Shown one piece after another: positions 26,290-40,261 of a DNA stretch of 64,000 nucleotides. Position numbers and translations under genes: made by a program. Source of the DNA: Octopus vulgaris. Taxonomy: Eukaryota. Every line of letters begins with the position of its first letter. The stretch's first letter is position 1. The stretch covers positions 41,788,001 to 41,852,000 of the forward strand of contig OX597816.1 of assembly GCA_951406725.2 (NCBI GenBank), in the 5' to 3' direction. The notes below the pieces were generated by a model that worked only from the letters and a program-made list of their open reading frames with translations, was not told the origin of the DNA and searched no databases.

Positions 26290-26760
26290 AGCCAGCTGGC
26301 AGAATCGGTAGGGCGTGGAACAAAATGCGTAGTGTAATATTATTATTTCAAAGGCGTTTAACTAGCAGAATGGTTAGGAAGCCAGGCCAAATGCTCAGCG
26401 TCATTTGGTTTGTCTTCATGTTCTGATTTAGTTAGACGTCGAGGCCCCTTTGCCAATCATCCATGCGGGCTTGATAGAATAATTAACGCTTGTTGAAGGC
26501 GATAAAATCTTCCATTTAAAATACCTGGTCTTACCCCCAAAATAGAAATAAATAAAAACGATTTTAAAAAGTTATCTTTTGTTACACTTATTTTTGTTGT
26601 TGTAATTACTGGCTTCTCTCCGGCTTTACCTTCTGAGCCCAATTCCCGCCGAGATCTGCATTGCCTTTCATCGTTTGCTGGTCGATAGAATAAATCATCA
26701 GACAAATATTGAGGCCGATGTTTTTGACTTGCCAAATTTTGGTAAGAAATATTATCTGTA
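26290..26760 (+). mobile_element. Degraded family D SINE fragments
   Basis: Heads agctggcagaatcggtag and ctagcagaatggttag, plus ttctgagcccaattcc..gccgaga..ttgcctttcatc. Confidence 0.6.
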
Positions 26761-27568
26761 GAATTATTGTTGTACGTGGGGATGGTCATATTTCACCAAT
26801 AAACACGGACACGATATGTTTGGTCATCAGACATGATTATTTTGCTACTTTGTCAACACACTTTCGTCACACATTCCTGACCTCGTCAAAGGCTCTTTAT
26901 CCTACATGCCTGAAGACACGTATTTTTTGGTTTCATGAACGATAGGAACAACTTTTGTTTTGTTCAAGTTTTGCAGCTATTTATAAGGGTGCTTCGTGAT
27001 TCTGAATTAGATATTTTTGTTGTCCTGTTGAAAATATTTTATAACAGTCTTCTACATAGTTAATAGTCTAGCCCCTTGAATTCGTGGTATATATAACTTT
27101 TTGTATATCGGATTTTTACTGTTGTATTCTAAATGGAGTTATATTAATCATTGGTTCCTATCATTTATTTGTCCAGTTCTAAATATCTTAACTATAACCT
27201 ATAATTGAGAAATCGATGTCTGCCAGAGAAGGTGTGGAAATGACGGAGCACATACATATTTCATGTGTCGAGAAGGGAGGATTACTGTAGTAGTTCGTAT
27301 TTTTCTTTTCATATAATTACACACACACACACACACACGCACACACACACATACACACAAATATATATGTACATATAAACATGCGATATGTTTTCTATTG
27401 AGGCCTTGAGATAAAGTTCCACAGTAAGTGGGCTAGAGTACATATTAATACTTGGGATATTATTCAGTACAAAAAGTAATATATTTCCTGGTATTAATCA
27501 ATATACTTTATTATTTTCCGTTACTTTTTGCCTAATTATGTAATATATAAGTAAAATGTAGATGAATT

Positions 27569-27608
<40 letters not shown>

Positions 27609-28367
27609 TATTTTAGTATTTTAGTATTTCAGGTTAAAGTGATAATTACTAAGGGGATGTGGTTTTAATAGACTGTATATAAAATATAAGATATCACAAA
27701 GTTATTAAAAAATATTTATAATAACACATGTATCTATCTAATCAGGGGAATCATTTGTATATTTACAATACTATATGGGTAATACAGGGTAAAAATTAGA
27801 TGTTGGCAGTTATTCGGACAAAATTCAAATATGGGACAACAGACAAAAAGTTACCGTACAAGTTATTTCCCTAACTTTATCGCTAAAATTTTGTTTAAAA
27901 TGTATTCTCCGATAAAATACATTAATTGCAATGCTCCATGCTACAATGTTGAGTTACTTAATTAATGAACCAACTCAATATATATCCTCATATATCCTAT
28001 TTTATATATACCTCCATATTACTAACTTGTCTTTGTTTATCGCTCAAATTATGCTTAAAAATCTTCTTTATCTGAAAAAATGCCTCCAAACCGAGGTTCT
28101 GTGTAATAGCTTTGAGTCACTTAATTAATGAACAAATAAGACATTCAGTCCTTTAAAATATTTATCCGTCTCTTTATTCAGTTAATTACTTTTAATGTTA
28201 TATTTAAATGGTGTGGGTGTTGGAGGTGAGGTTAAGTTATAAGTAGGATGAAGGGTGGTAGCTCTAGGTTATTAAGATCTAGAATTAGAATAATAACATA
28301 CTCAAATATTTAGGTCCATTATTCAATCAGTCAAGCATTTAATTTATTGGTTCTGTAATGGGGTTGC

Positions 28368-28432
<65 letters not shown>

Positions 28433-28736
28433 TAGCTTATATAAAAAGGCATAATCCGTATACATGTATGTATATTGTTATAATTGTTTTTTTAAATATA
28501 TATATAGATAATATAATGTCTACCAGTTGATAAATATCACGCCTTGACTCCCCCATTTTCTTATTGCCGTATAAATTAAGAGTAAAACAATATTTGGCCC
28601 TCATCCATTTATTACATTCAGTAGTAGCAATATAAAACACTTATGTAGTAATAATTGAGTATGCTATCTGCAGTATATTGAATAGATATTATCCCTTATT
28701 TGTTGGATTCACAACCTCTAACTCTCTTGGAGTTAC

Positions 28737-28807
<71 letters not shown>

Positions 28808-28811
<4 letters not shown>

Positions 28812-28965
28812 ATAGGAAAGAATGGAGCTAAACGAAGATTTAACAAAATACCTTTATTTTATTTTCGACATATGTTTCGAAGTCTGCAGACTTCGAAACA
28901 TATGTCGAAAATAAAATAAAGGAATTTTGTTAAATATTCGTTCAGCTCCATTCTTTCCTATACTT
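28808..28965. repeat. Zero-spacer palindrome with 79-bp arms, inside a (TA)n-flanked block (28808-29121)
   Basis: 28808-28886 is the reverse complement of 28887-28965 with 3 mismatches. The inner 36 bp of each arm are perfect and the centre is ctg|cag. Confidence 0.97.
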
Positions 28966-29118
28966 AATATATAAAACTTCAAATTTCCGCACTAAGGCAC
29001 GGGTTTTATACCCTATGGTCGTAACTTCAACCGTGCCCCTTCTGTTGTGAGTTTGCTACCCAGGTATCGGTTATCTTTCGAATTATCGTAATAAGATAAT
29101 TCATTTGTCTACTTAAAC

Positions 29119-29171
<53 letters not shown>

Positions 29172-29330
29172 AATGTTTACTAACAATCTAAGTTGGCGAG
29201 TTAGCAGAATAGATAAGGTGTAGTCCAAATACTTAGGAGCATTTCGTCCACCTTTTCATTCTGGGCTGAAAAACCGCCACTCTTGATATTGCCTAGCATT
29301 TTTTCGGGGTCGATAAATTAAATACAATTA

Positions 29331-29747
29331 GGCGCAGGAGTGGCTGTGTAGTAGGTAGCTTGCTAACCAACTACATGGTTCATGGTTCAGTCCCACTGCG
29401 TGGCATCTTGGGTAAGTGTCTTCTACTATAGCCTCGGGCCGACCAATGCCTTGTGAGTGGATTTGGAAGACGGAAACTGAAAGAAGCCTGTCGCATATAT
29501 GTATATATATATGTATTTGTGTGTATGTTTGTGTGTCTGTGTTTGTCCCTCTAGCATTGCTTGACAACCGATGCTGGTGTGTTTACGTCCCCGTCACTTA
29601 GCGGTTCGGCAAAAGAGACCGTTAGAATACGTACTGGGCTTACAAACAATAAGTTCCGGGGTCGATTTGCTCGACTAAAGGTGGTGCTCCAGCATGGCCG
29701 CAGTCAAATGACTGAATCAAGTAAAAGAGTAAAAGAGTAAAGAGTAA
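29331..29747 (+). mobile_element. tRNA-derived SINE family A, full length, nested in a family D SINE
   Basis: Head ggcgcaggagtggctgtgtag..ggttcagtcccactgc (A/B boxes), internal TA/TG microsatellite, 3' ccagcatggccgcagtcaaatgactgaa and a (TAAAAGAG)n tail. Family D sequence lies at 29193-29330 and resumes at 29748. Confidence 0.92.
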
Positions 29748-30035
29748 GTATTGAGGTCATCGTAATCAACTTTCCCAATGAACCGAAATTGCAAGTGCAG
29801 TGCTTGTAGTAGATAGGAATGTTTGGTAATATATAAGTTGGTGAGGTGACAGAGCACCTATTGCACGTCCGGCAACATACTTTGTTGTATTTTAGGTTTG
29901 CCTTTGTCTTCTGAATTCAAATTTTACACCGATATCGAAATGTGAGACAGATAGATAAATACATACATAGATACGTACGCACGTACATACATACATACAT
30001 ACATACATAAACACAAACATATATATACTCCCTTG

Positions 30036-30066
<31 letters not shown>

Positions 30067-30097
30067 AGTATTAACTCCATTGATACAAGTATATACA

Positions 30098-30470
30098 GGC
30101 ATAGGAGTGGCTGTGTGGTTGCTAACCAACAATATGTTTCAGGGTTCAGTCCCATTGCATGCACCTTGGTCGACTGTGTTCTGCTATAGCCCCGGGCCGA
30201 GAAAACTTTTGTGAGTGGAGTTGGTAGACGGAAACTGAAAGAATCACATCGTATATATGTATTTGTGCGTGTGTGTACATATGTTTGTGTGTCTGCGATG
30301 GTCTCCCGACCATCGCTTGACAACCGGTAGAAGAAACCGATGGAATAAGTACTAGGCTTACAAAGAATTAGTCCTGGGGGTGTCAATTTGCTCGACTAAA
30401 GGCGGTGCTCCAGCAAGGCCACTGTCAAATGACTAAAACAAATAAAAGAGTAAAAAGAGAGTAAAGAGTA
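30098..30470 (+). mobile_element. tRNA-derived SINE family A, second copy
   Basis: Collinear with 29331-29747 from head to (TAAAAGAG)n tail, with small deletions. Confidence 0.9.
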
Positions 30471-30609
30471 TAACGTTGCCATCGAGCTCAGTATAGAAAG
30501 GTTATTTTAAATATCATACTGATTATAAAGTAAAGAGATCAATCAATTTATTCTTAATATTCTTGTGTAGGCCAAATGCCATTATGAAATGGAGCAGAAG
30601 TCGGGCACA

Positions 30610-30845
30610 CTTATATTTATACATACATAAATACATACATACATACATACATACATACATACATACATACATACATACATACATACATACACACATACGC
30701 ATGTATGCACATATATACATATTTTATATTAATGTTTAATATATCAATAGATCTATCATATTCCCTGACTAATTCCAACCATCCACTGTCTTATATATGC
30801 ATATGTGTTTGTGTGCCTGTTTATGTATATGAATATATATGTATT

Positions 30846-30932
<87 letters not shown>

Positions 30933-31020
30933 ATGTGTGTGAGTGTATATATATATATAATTATATATATATATATACATACATATATGCATATACATAT
31001 ATGTGCATATATTTATATAA
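30610..31020. repeat. (CATA)n, (TA)n and (TG)n microsatellites
   Basis: Simple repeat runs. Confidence 0.95.
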
Positions 31021-31457
31021 GGAAGTGTAGATAGCAGTTAGTTAAGAAATATCGATTGATTGATTAATATATATATATTAGAAAATGGGAAGAACATCAA
31101 AAACAAATTCGCTAACCAGGTAATTGGCGATCTGACAAAGCATAGTGAAAATAGGCTGGGTGGCTGGAAGTAGAGACTCATAAGGTTTTGCATTATTGTT
31201 TAGCAAGAATGAGCACCTGGTAAAATCAGAGATTGTGCCAAGTATTTTTCATTGATTTCCTATAATTAAAACTGGTACTTTCTCTTGGAGTAACTCCAAT
31301 AGTGATTGTTGGCATGAACTGTTACTGGCCCTAAAAAGAGTACTGCAAATAAGAGCCGTTGCTAAGTATAAAGTAACACTAAATTATTAATGTTATAATG
31401 CTAACTTTTGTTCAGGAAATTCTGGTGTAGATTTTCTATATTCTGTGGTATGTAGGT

Positions 31458-31610
<153 letters not shown>

Positions 31611-31620
31611 TTATATCTAT

Positions 31621-31867
31621 ATCACGCGATCACAATGTTCGCATTGTTTTAGCCTTCGAATGACGCCACCCCGCTGGCTAAGCGAGCAGGCCAACAGACG
31701 AAAGAGTAGGAGAAAGAGTGGTGAAAGAGTACAGCAGGATCACCACCCCTCGTGGAGCTTTTTAGGTGTTTTCACTCAATAAACACTCACAACGCCCGGT
31801 CTGGGAATTGAAACCGCGAACCTACCACAGCGAGTCCGCTGCCCTAACCACTGGGTCATTGCGCCTC
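31621..31867 (-). mobile_element. SINE family B copy between (TA)n tracts
   Basis: Reverse complement aligns with 5295-5603 (gaggcgcaatg..gcagcggactcgc..aaaacacctaaa..gaaggctaaaacaatgcgaa). Confidence 0.88.
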
Positions 31868-31879
31868 TCTCTCTCTCTC

Positions 31880-31930
<51 letters not shown>

Positions 31931-32648
31931 TTGTTCTTTGAAAATACTCGACTTACATCTGCTCCACAGCCGGGCGATGTGTGATGCCTATTCGTATGTT
32001 TCTCCAATGTGTCTGTAAGTGGGGTTGTTCATGAGTGTAAACTTGCATATAATTAAGAGCTGATGGCATCAACTCACTATTGACTTCAGACTTGGTTGCT
32101 GGGATATGTGCACGTATAGATATAGGTGCCTGTGTGCCATGGGTGAGTTGTAGTGAGTGCTTATATTTAGTTATGTGTCAGATGTGTGTATCAAGTACAT
32201 GTGTATCAGCTCTGCCTGTGGGCACTCGAATACGTGCTGTTTGGTTAGCTGTGTGGGTACGTACTCGGTTCGGCACGTACTCATGTGGGCGTGTACGCGT
32301 TTGTGGGCTTACTCGTGTGGGCATGTCCTTGCCCACGTATTTAGGTTGCATATATAGAAGCGTGTGCGTACTGATGCTTTGAAAGAATATGCATTCCTGT
32401 ATTTATATGTGTAAGCATTAAGCTCGGAGGGGGTTACAAACAATACATAAGGGTGGAAGGCTATCTATGGTCTTCGCAGGTATCGGTGGTTATATGCCCT
32501 ATATTTGGTTATGGGTTAGCAGGTATTATGGTGCAGCCAAATCAGAGGCGATATATGGGTTGTCCGCTGCCAGTGGCTCGAATTTCATCAGTTGAACATA
32601 CCTCTGATAGCAGCAGTAAGTTGCTTTATATTTCCTGTTGATATATAT

Positions 32649-32716
<68 letters not shown>

Positions 32717-32899
32717 TGCGTGTCGATGGAGAATAGGCGGTATTTCGCTGTGGCAGAGCTCTCAATTGAGCCTCAGTAATTTGGTGCTCCTGTTCTAGAT
32801 GGTTCATTCGATGTTGGAGGTGTCATTCTAAAGGTCGCAACGTCTCCAGACGAAACTAGGCAAAAAAGGCGAACATCTTCTATTCGCAATTCTAAGGGA

Positions 32900-33750
32900 A
32901 TGCATATGCTGATTGTACCTTCCCTTGAAATCATCGGCTTTCATGCCTGTGAAGCCATGAGATGGTGTGAAAGTTTATCTGTAGACTACAGGTCTTCAGA
33001 GACAGGAGTCACACAGAATGCAGCTGGTGGGGTCTTTGCAATTATAGGTTCCGCTGGTGCTTATGCTTGTGCATTGCTACATCTGTTGTGATATGCATTG
33101 TTAAAAGCGATGTTGACTTAACGTTATGTGGTTGAAATGATTATAATACTTGAGAGAGTCTTCTTAAGCAACGGCAGGAAGCGCTTAGTTACTTCTAGTT
33201 TAAATGGAGGGTTGCTCAAGATGATCTTCCTCCTTGTGGGATGCGGCGATGTAGGTTGTGTGTCCTCTATATATACCAAATTGTCAGATATTTTCCTCCT
33301 CGCTAATGTGTCATTGTAGTGGCGACGACCATTCTGAAGAATAATCTATCGATTGAAGCTTAGATATCTTACTTATACTTATAAGTATGTTTCTAAGTAC
33401 ACCGGTAAGGGTGTGGTTGGAACGTCAGTGGTTGTATAGTTTCCTCGTTTGGCTTTATACAAGAGGAGCACTTGACTGTTTTCCGGTTTGTAGTTACATC
33501 CAGAAAGTCGACCATGGTCAGTTTCATAATAACGGTTACGGAGAGGACGAATATATTGAATATCTTAATCAGGTGTTTACAAAACTTGTCCATAGCGTGT
33601 CCGTTCATATAGATCGAGATTGATGGGATATCCTCTTTGTGAAAGGGCAAAATGTCAGGGTCTGTGCGTTTCCTGCAGGTGTTCAAGATAGAAAACCCGG
33701 CCTGTTTAATTTCAAGGAACAGCGTATAATCAGATTGAATGCTCACGCGT
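32900..33750 (-). mobile_element. Penelope-like RT thumb/linker remnant
   Basis: NGHAMDKFCKHLIKIFNIFVLSVTVIMKLTMVDFLDVT..KPNEE and RRKIILSNPPFKL..KRFL match Penelope K.L.KIF..GL.IT...VDFLDVT..KPN and R.IIWFNPPF. Confidence 0.8.
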
Positions 33751-34039
33751 GACCATAACAGTGTTACAAATGTAAGCTAAACCTGAAATATATTCCCTAG
33801 AGGAAAATTTATTTTACAAAGTAGATAGTTTGACCATAATCTTAAACACTATTTGGAAATTCATTTGAAGTGATTGCATTGCTTTTGGAATAGACTCAAA
33901 TATTTTATGGCATTATATTCACTCCTGGTCAGATCATTCGGGCGCAATATAGATGTATGAGATTTTTTTTCCCTGATATCGCTAAATCTATTAGCAATAT
34001 TTCAACAGATATTTGAACATTTATTAACGCCCTTTATTG

Positions 34040-34720
34040 AAGCAGCGACCTGACAGAATCGTTAGCACCCCGGAAAATACAATTAGCGGCATTTCGTCCG
34101 TATTTACGTTCAAATCACATCGGCGTCTACTTTTCCTTCTTACTTTTCGAGGTCGTTATATTAAAACCACTTGAGCACTCATATTGATGTAATGAATTAA
34201 TCTCCCCCTCCCGTGTGCTTATAGTAGAAAATATTTAATGAGATCCATTATGCATTTAACAAAATATACCATATTGAATGGTATGATGAATATATACAAC
34301 TGGGTGATCGAAAACGCCGACAAAATAAACTCCCTGAAGTAAGTGGCTTTCTAAGTTACAAGAAGTCTGTTGAAATAACTGAACACTTGCAATAAAAAAA
34401 AAGGGACTGGTTTGTAAGTATTGAGGTTAGGCTAGCTCACATAAAGTTCTATATTTTTAATGCTATATAATTTATATTTTTCTACGTTAAGGTCAATACT
34501 GATAGACATGGGCTTCAAATTTTTGACCAAGGCCCGAAATTTCAAGGGGAGGGTATGTCGAACACTTCGACCAGACTCCTCAAGTGGTCCTTATTTTGTA
34601 TACATCGAAAGGATGAAAGCAAATTCGACCTCGGTGGCACCTGAACTCAGAATGTTGGGTGGACGAAATGCAGCAAAGCATTGCCTCAGCGTGCAAACGA
34701 TTCTATTAGTTCACTGCCTT
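34040..34720. mobile_element. Convergent pair of family D SINEs (34040-34230 plus; 34508-34720 minus)
   Basis: Plus head gacagaatcgttagcacc. The minus copy shows tcgacctcggtggcacctgaactcagaa..gcaaacgattcta..ttcactgcc. Confidence 0.72.
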
Positions 34721-35599
34721 GATTCTGATGAATACTATGTTTCTGTGATGCGAAGCAGGCTTAGGTATGGTCAATGTAGTTATTAATTATTTCGATATCT
34801 TTTGGTTATTCCTTCGTCTTAGACACGTGAATAAGGAAACTGAAGTTCATTAATTGTCTAAATGAAACACTGGACACTTTCTTTTTCTCCCTTTACATCG
34901 TTGCTGTCCGCTTGTACTCATATGTGATCCCCTTATTTTCATTCACTTTGTATGTTTTCTTTTTCGCTTCAGGTTCTTGTAGTGACAACTAGCATTAAAA
35001 ATATTGTTCTATCACAAAGACAGACCAATGCCTTCAGTGGATCAAGTTGTATTTTCATGAGCACTTATTCTATTTCAGGTACACAGTTATCTATTTTTGT
35101 TGTTGCGTAACCTTAAATTTTCAATGACGCTACGAGATGCAAAATTTAATCGCTCTTCACGTAGGTGTCTCGAAAAACATTTTAATCACCTCTTGTTGAC
35201 GTAACCTTTTCCTTCACATGTAATGTGTGTTTTGGTAAGTTGCTGACCTTTATGTTGGTAGACATCTTAGTTTTCCCTTCCATCGTTACTTATGACGTAG
35301 GAGTTATCTTGTAACGCAATTATAATGTGCAATAATAATGTGCTTGATCAATGTAAGTAGAAACATGACTGGTTATAGTCTATATCTTCCGTGAATTATT
35401 CCTCGCTATAAATATTTTTGTAAAGAAATGTAGATATATGTGTTAAAATATAGAAAACAACGTTTGCTTCAGGATTGGTTTCACAGTATTTGTAAAACTT
35501 CTGTAAGTAATATATTTCATCAATAGTTCTACTGTCGCTCCTGCCTGTCAGAATCTAGTTTCTTTGCTTACTCTTCTTGCCAATCGACTTTTATTATAT

Positions 35600-36700
35600 T
35601 TGGAGTTTCTAGTCTTTCCACACTGGTTTTTGGTGGAATCGAAATATATTTCTTCTGTTCAAAAGATTGTTCTCACTTCCAATAAATATGCATTACTGCC
35701 GAAATAGCACATTCTTGACCTTATGCATGCAATCTTTTGCATTTGTCTTTAGTTATATCCGGCATTAACGTTTTGTTGTTGATTCCTAAAATGTTTGAGG
35801 TAAATGTCTATTTCGTTGTATAGTTTTCTCTGTGTGTTTCTTCTTCACAATCGGTTCAATGATATTAAAAACTTTTCTTCAAATGACACATTTGTTTGTA
35901 TGGCAAATGTGACTGCCACGTTGATTAATTCGTTTTGTTTTCGTGTTTGTTTTTCTGAAGAGCTTGATGTTGCATTTGTGTTAAGAAATTCTAGAATAAC
36001 ATATGTGTGATTTCTTTTCTTTTGGAATTATTTATATTTGTTTAATTTAGAATATTTTCTTTGGTCTAAAATACCATCTGTAGCTTCAATTCTTTGAACA
36101 TATCAGACAATTGAAGCATGAAAAATATTTACATTTAATGTTTTCTTAAATAGAGATCACTTCTTGTTAATATAAAGAGTTTAGAAATTTTACCTCATAT
36201 ATTGTTCAATATTCTCTTGATATCCCAATGTTTGACTCTGATGTTTTAATATTTATTGTATTTATGCCTCTTCGAAGATGAATGCCATCATTCAGGTCCA
36301 CTATATTTGAAAATGTAAATCGTTATTTTATTCAGATTTACGGTAACCTTTCACATCCTTGATTTCGATTCTAACCATTTAATTTAACTCTACGGTTTTA
36401 ACATGGATTTTTTTGTCTCTTTGTTAAACGGAAAGTGTTGACTGGATTTAAGAAGTTTCTTATGCTATTGTAGTGATTCCAGTCTCATAGTTTGAATTAT
36501 CAAGACAGGTGGAATCGAATATTTTATTTTTATATCCGAGTTACGCATTGTTTTTATTTTTTGTTCACGTTTATTGTATTGTGAGAGAATGTAGTTTGAA
36601 TATGTTATAAAACTGTCATAGCTATATGTAGTATGAAACTCTTTATTCAGCAATGCTCTTCTCATATACAATAGCCGTATACATTCAAATTGACAAAAAC
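35600..36700 (-). mobile_element. Possible very old Penelope-like remnant
   Basis: A-rich minus strand with only short motifs (KFLN, NNLLNRRN) in the expected order. Weak. Confidence 0.3.
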
Positions 36701-39700
36701 GTAATCAGATATTCTCACACGTTACACTGAATACACCATTTATAACATTCATAGGATCATCGAACATATATATGAATTTGTTTTATGTCACCATTATTTG
36801 TTTAGTCTTTCTATGATTTTGCGTAGTCCAGTAGACATAACACTAAGATTAATTAAATTGCAAGCGTATTTAAATTAATAGATTCAATAACAGAACACAT
36901 GATATAAAATGGCATATGCATAAGAGAATTATAACAACGATAGTAATAATAGCAGCAAAAGAACATTCACCACAAAACATAAATATCAAAAATAATAAAT
37001 AAGGAAAAAAAACAACAGTATTACTAACCGGACTATTGTGTCTAGACACGATCGCATGTACCAAATCTTTAAAATTCACATCACTCTCTAAAAAATATAT
37101 TGCATTCCCCAATGTATATAAGACACTATAAAGGACCACTGCATAGGAAACTGTTCATAGGATAATGATTCGCTACAGGCTATTATTGACAATTTTGAAA
37201 TTTAACACCCAAAAATATTCGATATAAGTTAAAACAGCAAGTATAATCCATGCACATAATTTACAAAATATATGTAAAAAAGTTGCAGTAAAAAAATGGA
37301 AAGAAAATATAACAGTGCATAGACAAACGTTGCAAACTGAAAAGTTTTTCATCGTAGTAGTTAAAAATTCAGTTATCATTTATAAAATTACATCTTTAAC
37401 AAATACCTACCAATTTCCCGGCTAATGTTTTGAAGGTGTTTAATTTCATAGAACATCATGTAAGGTTTATCTTAACTTAAAGTTAAGATAAACAGAATAA
37501 TATAATGAAATGTTATACAAATGGCCGCAGTCAAATGACTGAAATGTCTAAAAGACTAACAATATATTTATACACAGACCCACATACATACACACACACG
37601 CACACACAGATGCACACATACACAGTTATATATTATGAATTGAAAATCATCTGCTATGTCTTCCATTTAAGCTGCTTACAAAACTTCAGACTTTGTGAAA
37701 AAACTACCTCCAAAAACAATCGTGTAACGATTATTGGTCAGAACTTGAGATATAGCGACAGTTGCTGTTATGGACGCTTGCCTGATCACGGCAAACATAA
37801 AGAAGTAGACGTCATTTTAAATATATGGACCAACAAGACACGGGGATCAGGGCGGTTAATCTGCTTGCTTTTAGGTACGATTATACGTAGTTGAGGACAC
37901 TTTTTGGGAAGAACAAAGCCAATTTAAAAATACTGAAGAAGAACAAAAGCATAAGAGATAAAGACGAAAACAAAGCAGTTTTGAACAATGAATACAGAAT
38001 TAGGCAAAGTAAAAATAAAATATACTCGCACATATGGTATGCTAACACATATTTCACTACTACAAGAAACTGGCGAATAATCTATCTTCTGAACAAACTA
38101 ACGCGTTTAAATCTAAACGGCAAAATTATATTAGAATTACATACTACAGAAATAAAATAAAATAACGAAGCTCAGTTATACCTTAGCTTGATAGACACGT
38201 GATGTAAGCACACCGAATGCTTAGGTTATGAAAATATAAACTAGTACATTTTTCATGAAGCAGAGTAAATAAAAGCCTTATAAATAACTGGAAGACCGAA
38301 TCAAATTACAGCCAAGGTCAAATCTGAAAACCAATGCATGACACACAAAACAAAAAAACAAAAGAAACAAATGTCAAGAAAATAACTGTGGAGACAAAAC
38401 CAAAGAAAATATGACGAGGACAATGACGTGGTATAAGTCAATGTGATACACAAAATAATAGCGTGAGTACGATACTTCTTAGATGAAGTCCGTTGCTGCC
38501 GACACTACTATGGATGTTGTCATACAGAATATCCAAGACCACGAGAACTTGCGTTGGTGGGACAGGCGTAGATTTCACTTTATTCTGTTTTATGGCAGTC
38601 AGAGTTTTTCGGCGGTACGGACAAGTTATCAGCTGTTTATGCAATGTAGCCGGTATTACTGTATTACGTATGACCTATAGTCTACGCTGGAGCTCGAGAC
38701 AATACATATTGTCTGACAAACCTCACCTTTAGGGATACATGTAGGGCCTCTTCTGGCCCCCTTGTAGAGAAGGTGATGGTTGCAGCACAGAATTAAAAAG
38801 TCAATTAGTGTCTGAAACTTGGGTGGACGGATACTAGTGTATTACATCAGCTCCAGTGCTCAACTAGAACATAAAGACAACATGCCGCAAAGCATTTGAT
38901 TGCCGTGCTACCGGCTCTGCCAGCTCGCCTCGAGGCTCGCTTTTCCTCTATAATAATAGCCGATATAAACGTCAGTTGGTTACTTGACTCTCCAGTCACG
39001 CTTTACATCGAATTGTGAGAAACAGAGAAGGGTTAAAAAAAAAAAAGACTCAGAGTCTAAGTCTAGCGTTGGGTGCTAAGTGTGCACGCGATACTTGGAG
39101 ACAGGCAGCCGAGCAAATGAACACTGCTCACACAGTGTGAAAGCGTCGTAGAGACAAGGGAGGAATAGGAAATTGATTATGTAAACCTTAATGAATGCGT
39201 TCGTGCTCGAGTTAGTGTGCGTGCGTGTGTGTGCGAAGTTCCATCATCAAAATAGCATACGGCGAGTAATTTTCCCTTTCATGTTTTTGTTACTTTTTTT
39301 TAATGTTGTTTTATTTAACCTTATTTTAAGTTCATATTTTTCTTTTAAAGCTGCTCCTCAATTCATCATTTTTATCAGGTTAAAGAAATTTTCTATGTAT
39401 TGTACGTATGGAATATTACCTTCCACATTTAACCATCATTTAACGGGTAACGCTCCACTTCCTAATAATGCCAGGTTGTCAAATAACAACTTGAAAAATG
39501 TTCTGAAATCCATCAAGTAAATGCTATCATCAAGTATTTCTAATGAAGTGAGTAACACAAATTTCAAAGTATACACATTCAAACTAGAGCAGGAATTTTA
39601 AATATCAGACAAGAGATTAACAAAACCATCCTGTACATTTTCATTCAGTGTAGAAGCGTTGAATATCTATGTAAAATTTTCGAAAAGTTACTGCTTTTCA

Positions 39701-40261
39701 GTGGACCCATCCAACTGTCAGCTAATTCCGTAATGAAAATCACTTCCGTTCTCCGTTGACCCGGAAGGGCAGATAAATTTCATTCCCTAGTGATTATGAA
39801 GAAAGAGATTCAATAGAGTAAAAGGAAACTGGAAAACCATAAATTAGTAGGCCTCTACTTTTTTCGTGCTAGGTACTACTCACCAGTAATTTTGTCCAAA
39901 GTTGGCTAACAATGTCACTCATAGTCTGGATAAATAGTCATAAAAATTAGCTCAAATAGTTAATTTGGAATTTCAAACGTGAGAAGATAATTTCTGTTTT
40001 AATACATGCAGCATTCATCTCTGGTGATTAGCGATGTATACTTGATAGATGTCTCCCACAATGGGATGGATATAATTTTTATACTCTATATTTCTGTTTT
40101 CTATAACTATATTTCTCATATCTAATTGTTTTGAACACTCAATACACTTCTTCACTAAGGGGAAAAATCGGAAAATCCGATACCTCTACGTGAAATAAAG
40201 AAAATTTCGTTCATCATCATCACCACCAACACCATCATTATAATCAGTTGTTGTGCGTTTT

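Noticed and set aside
26785-26835. Minus-strand CTGATGA...GAAA with a possible long stem II
   Set aside because: No stem I partner and a mismatched stem III.
32530-32615. Minus-strand CTGATGA enclosed by an 8-bp stem (atcagagg/cctctgat)
   Set aside because: No GAAA box at a usable position; at best a dead ribozyme relic.
37700-38420. A-rich stretch with ORFs of 129 and 89 aa, possibly an old LINE RT
   Set aside because: I could not recover convincing collinear RT motifs.
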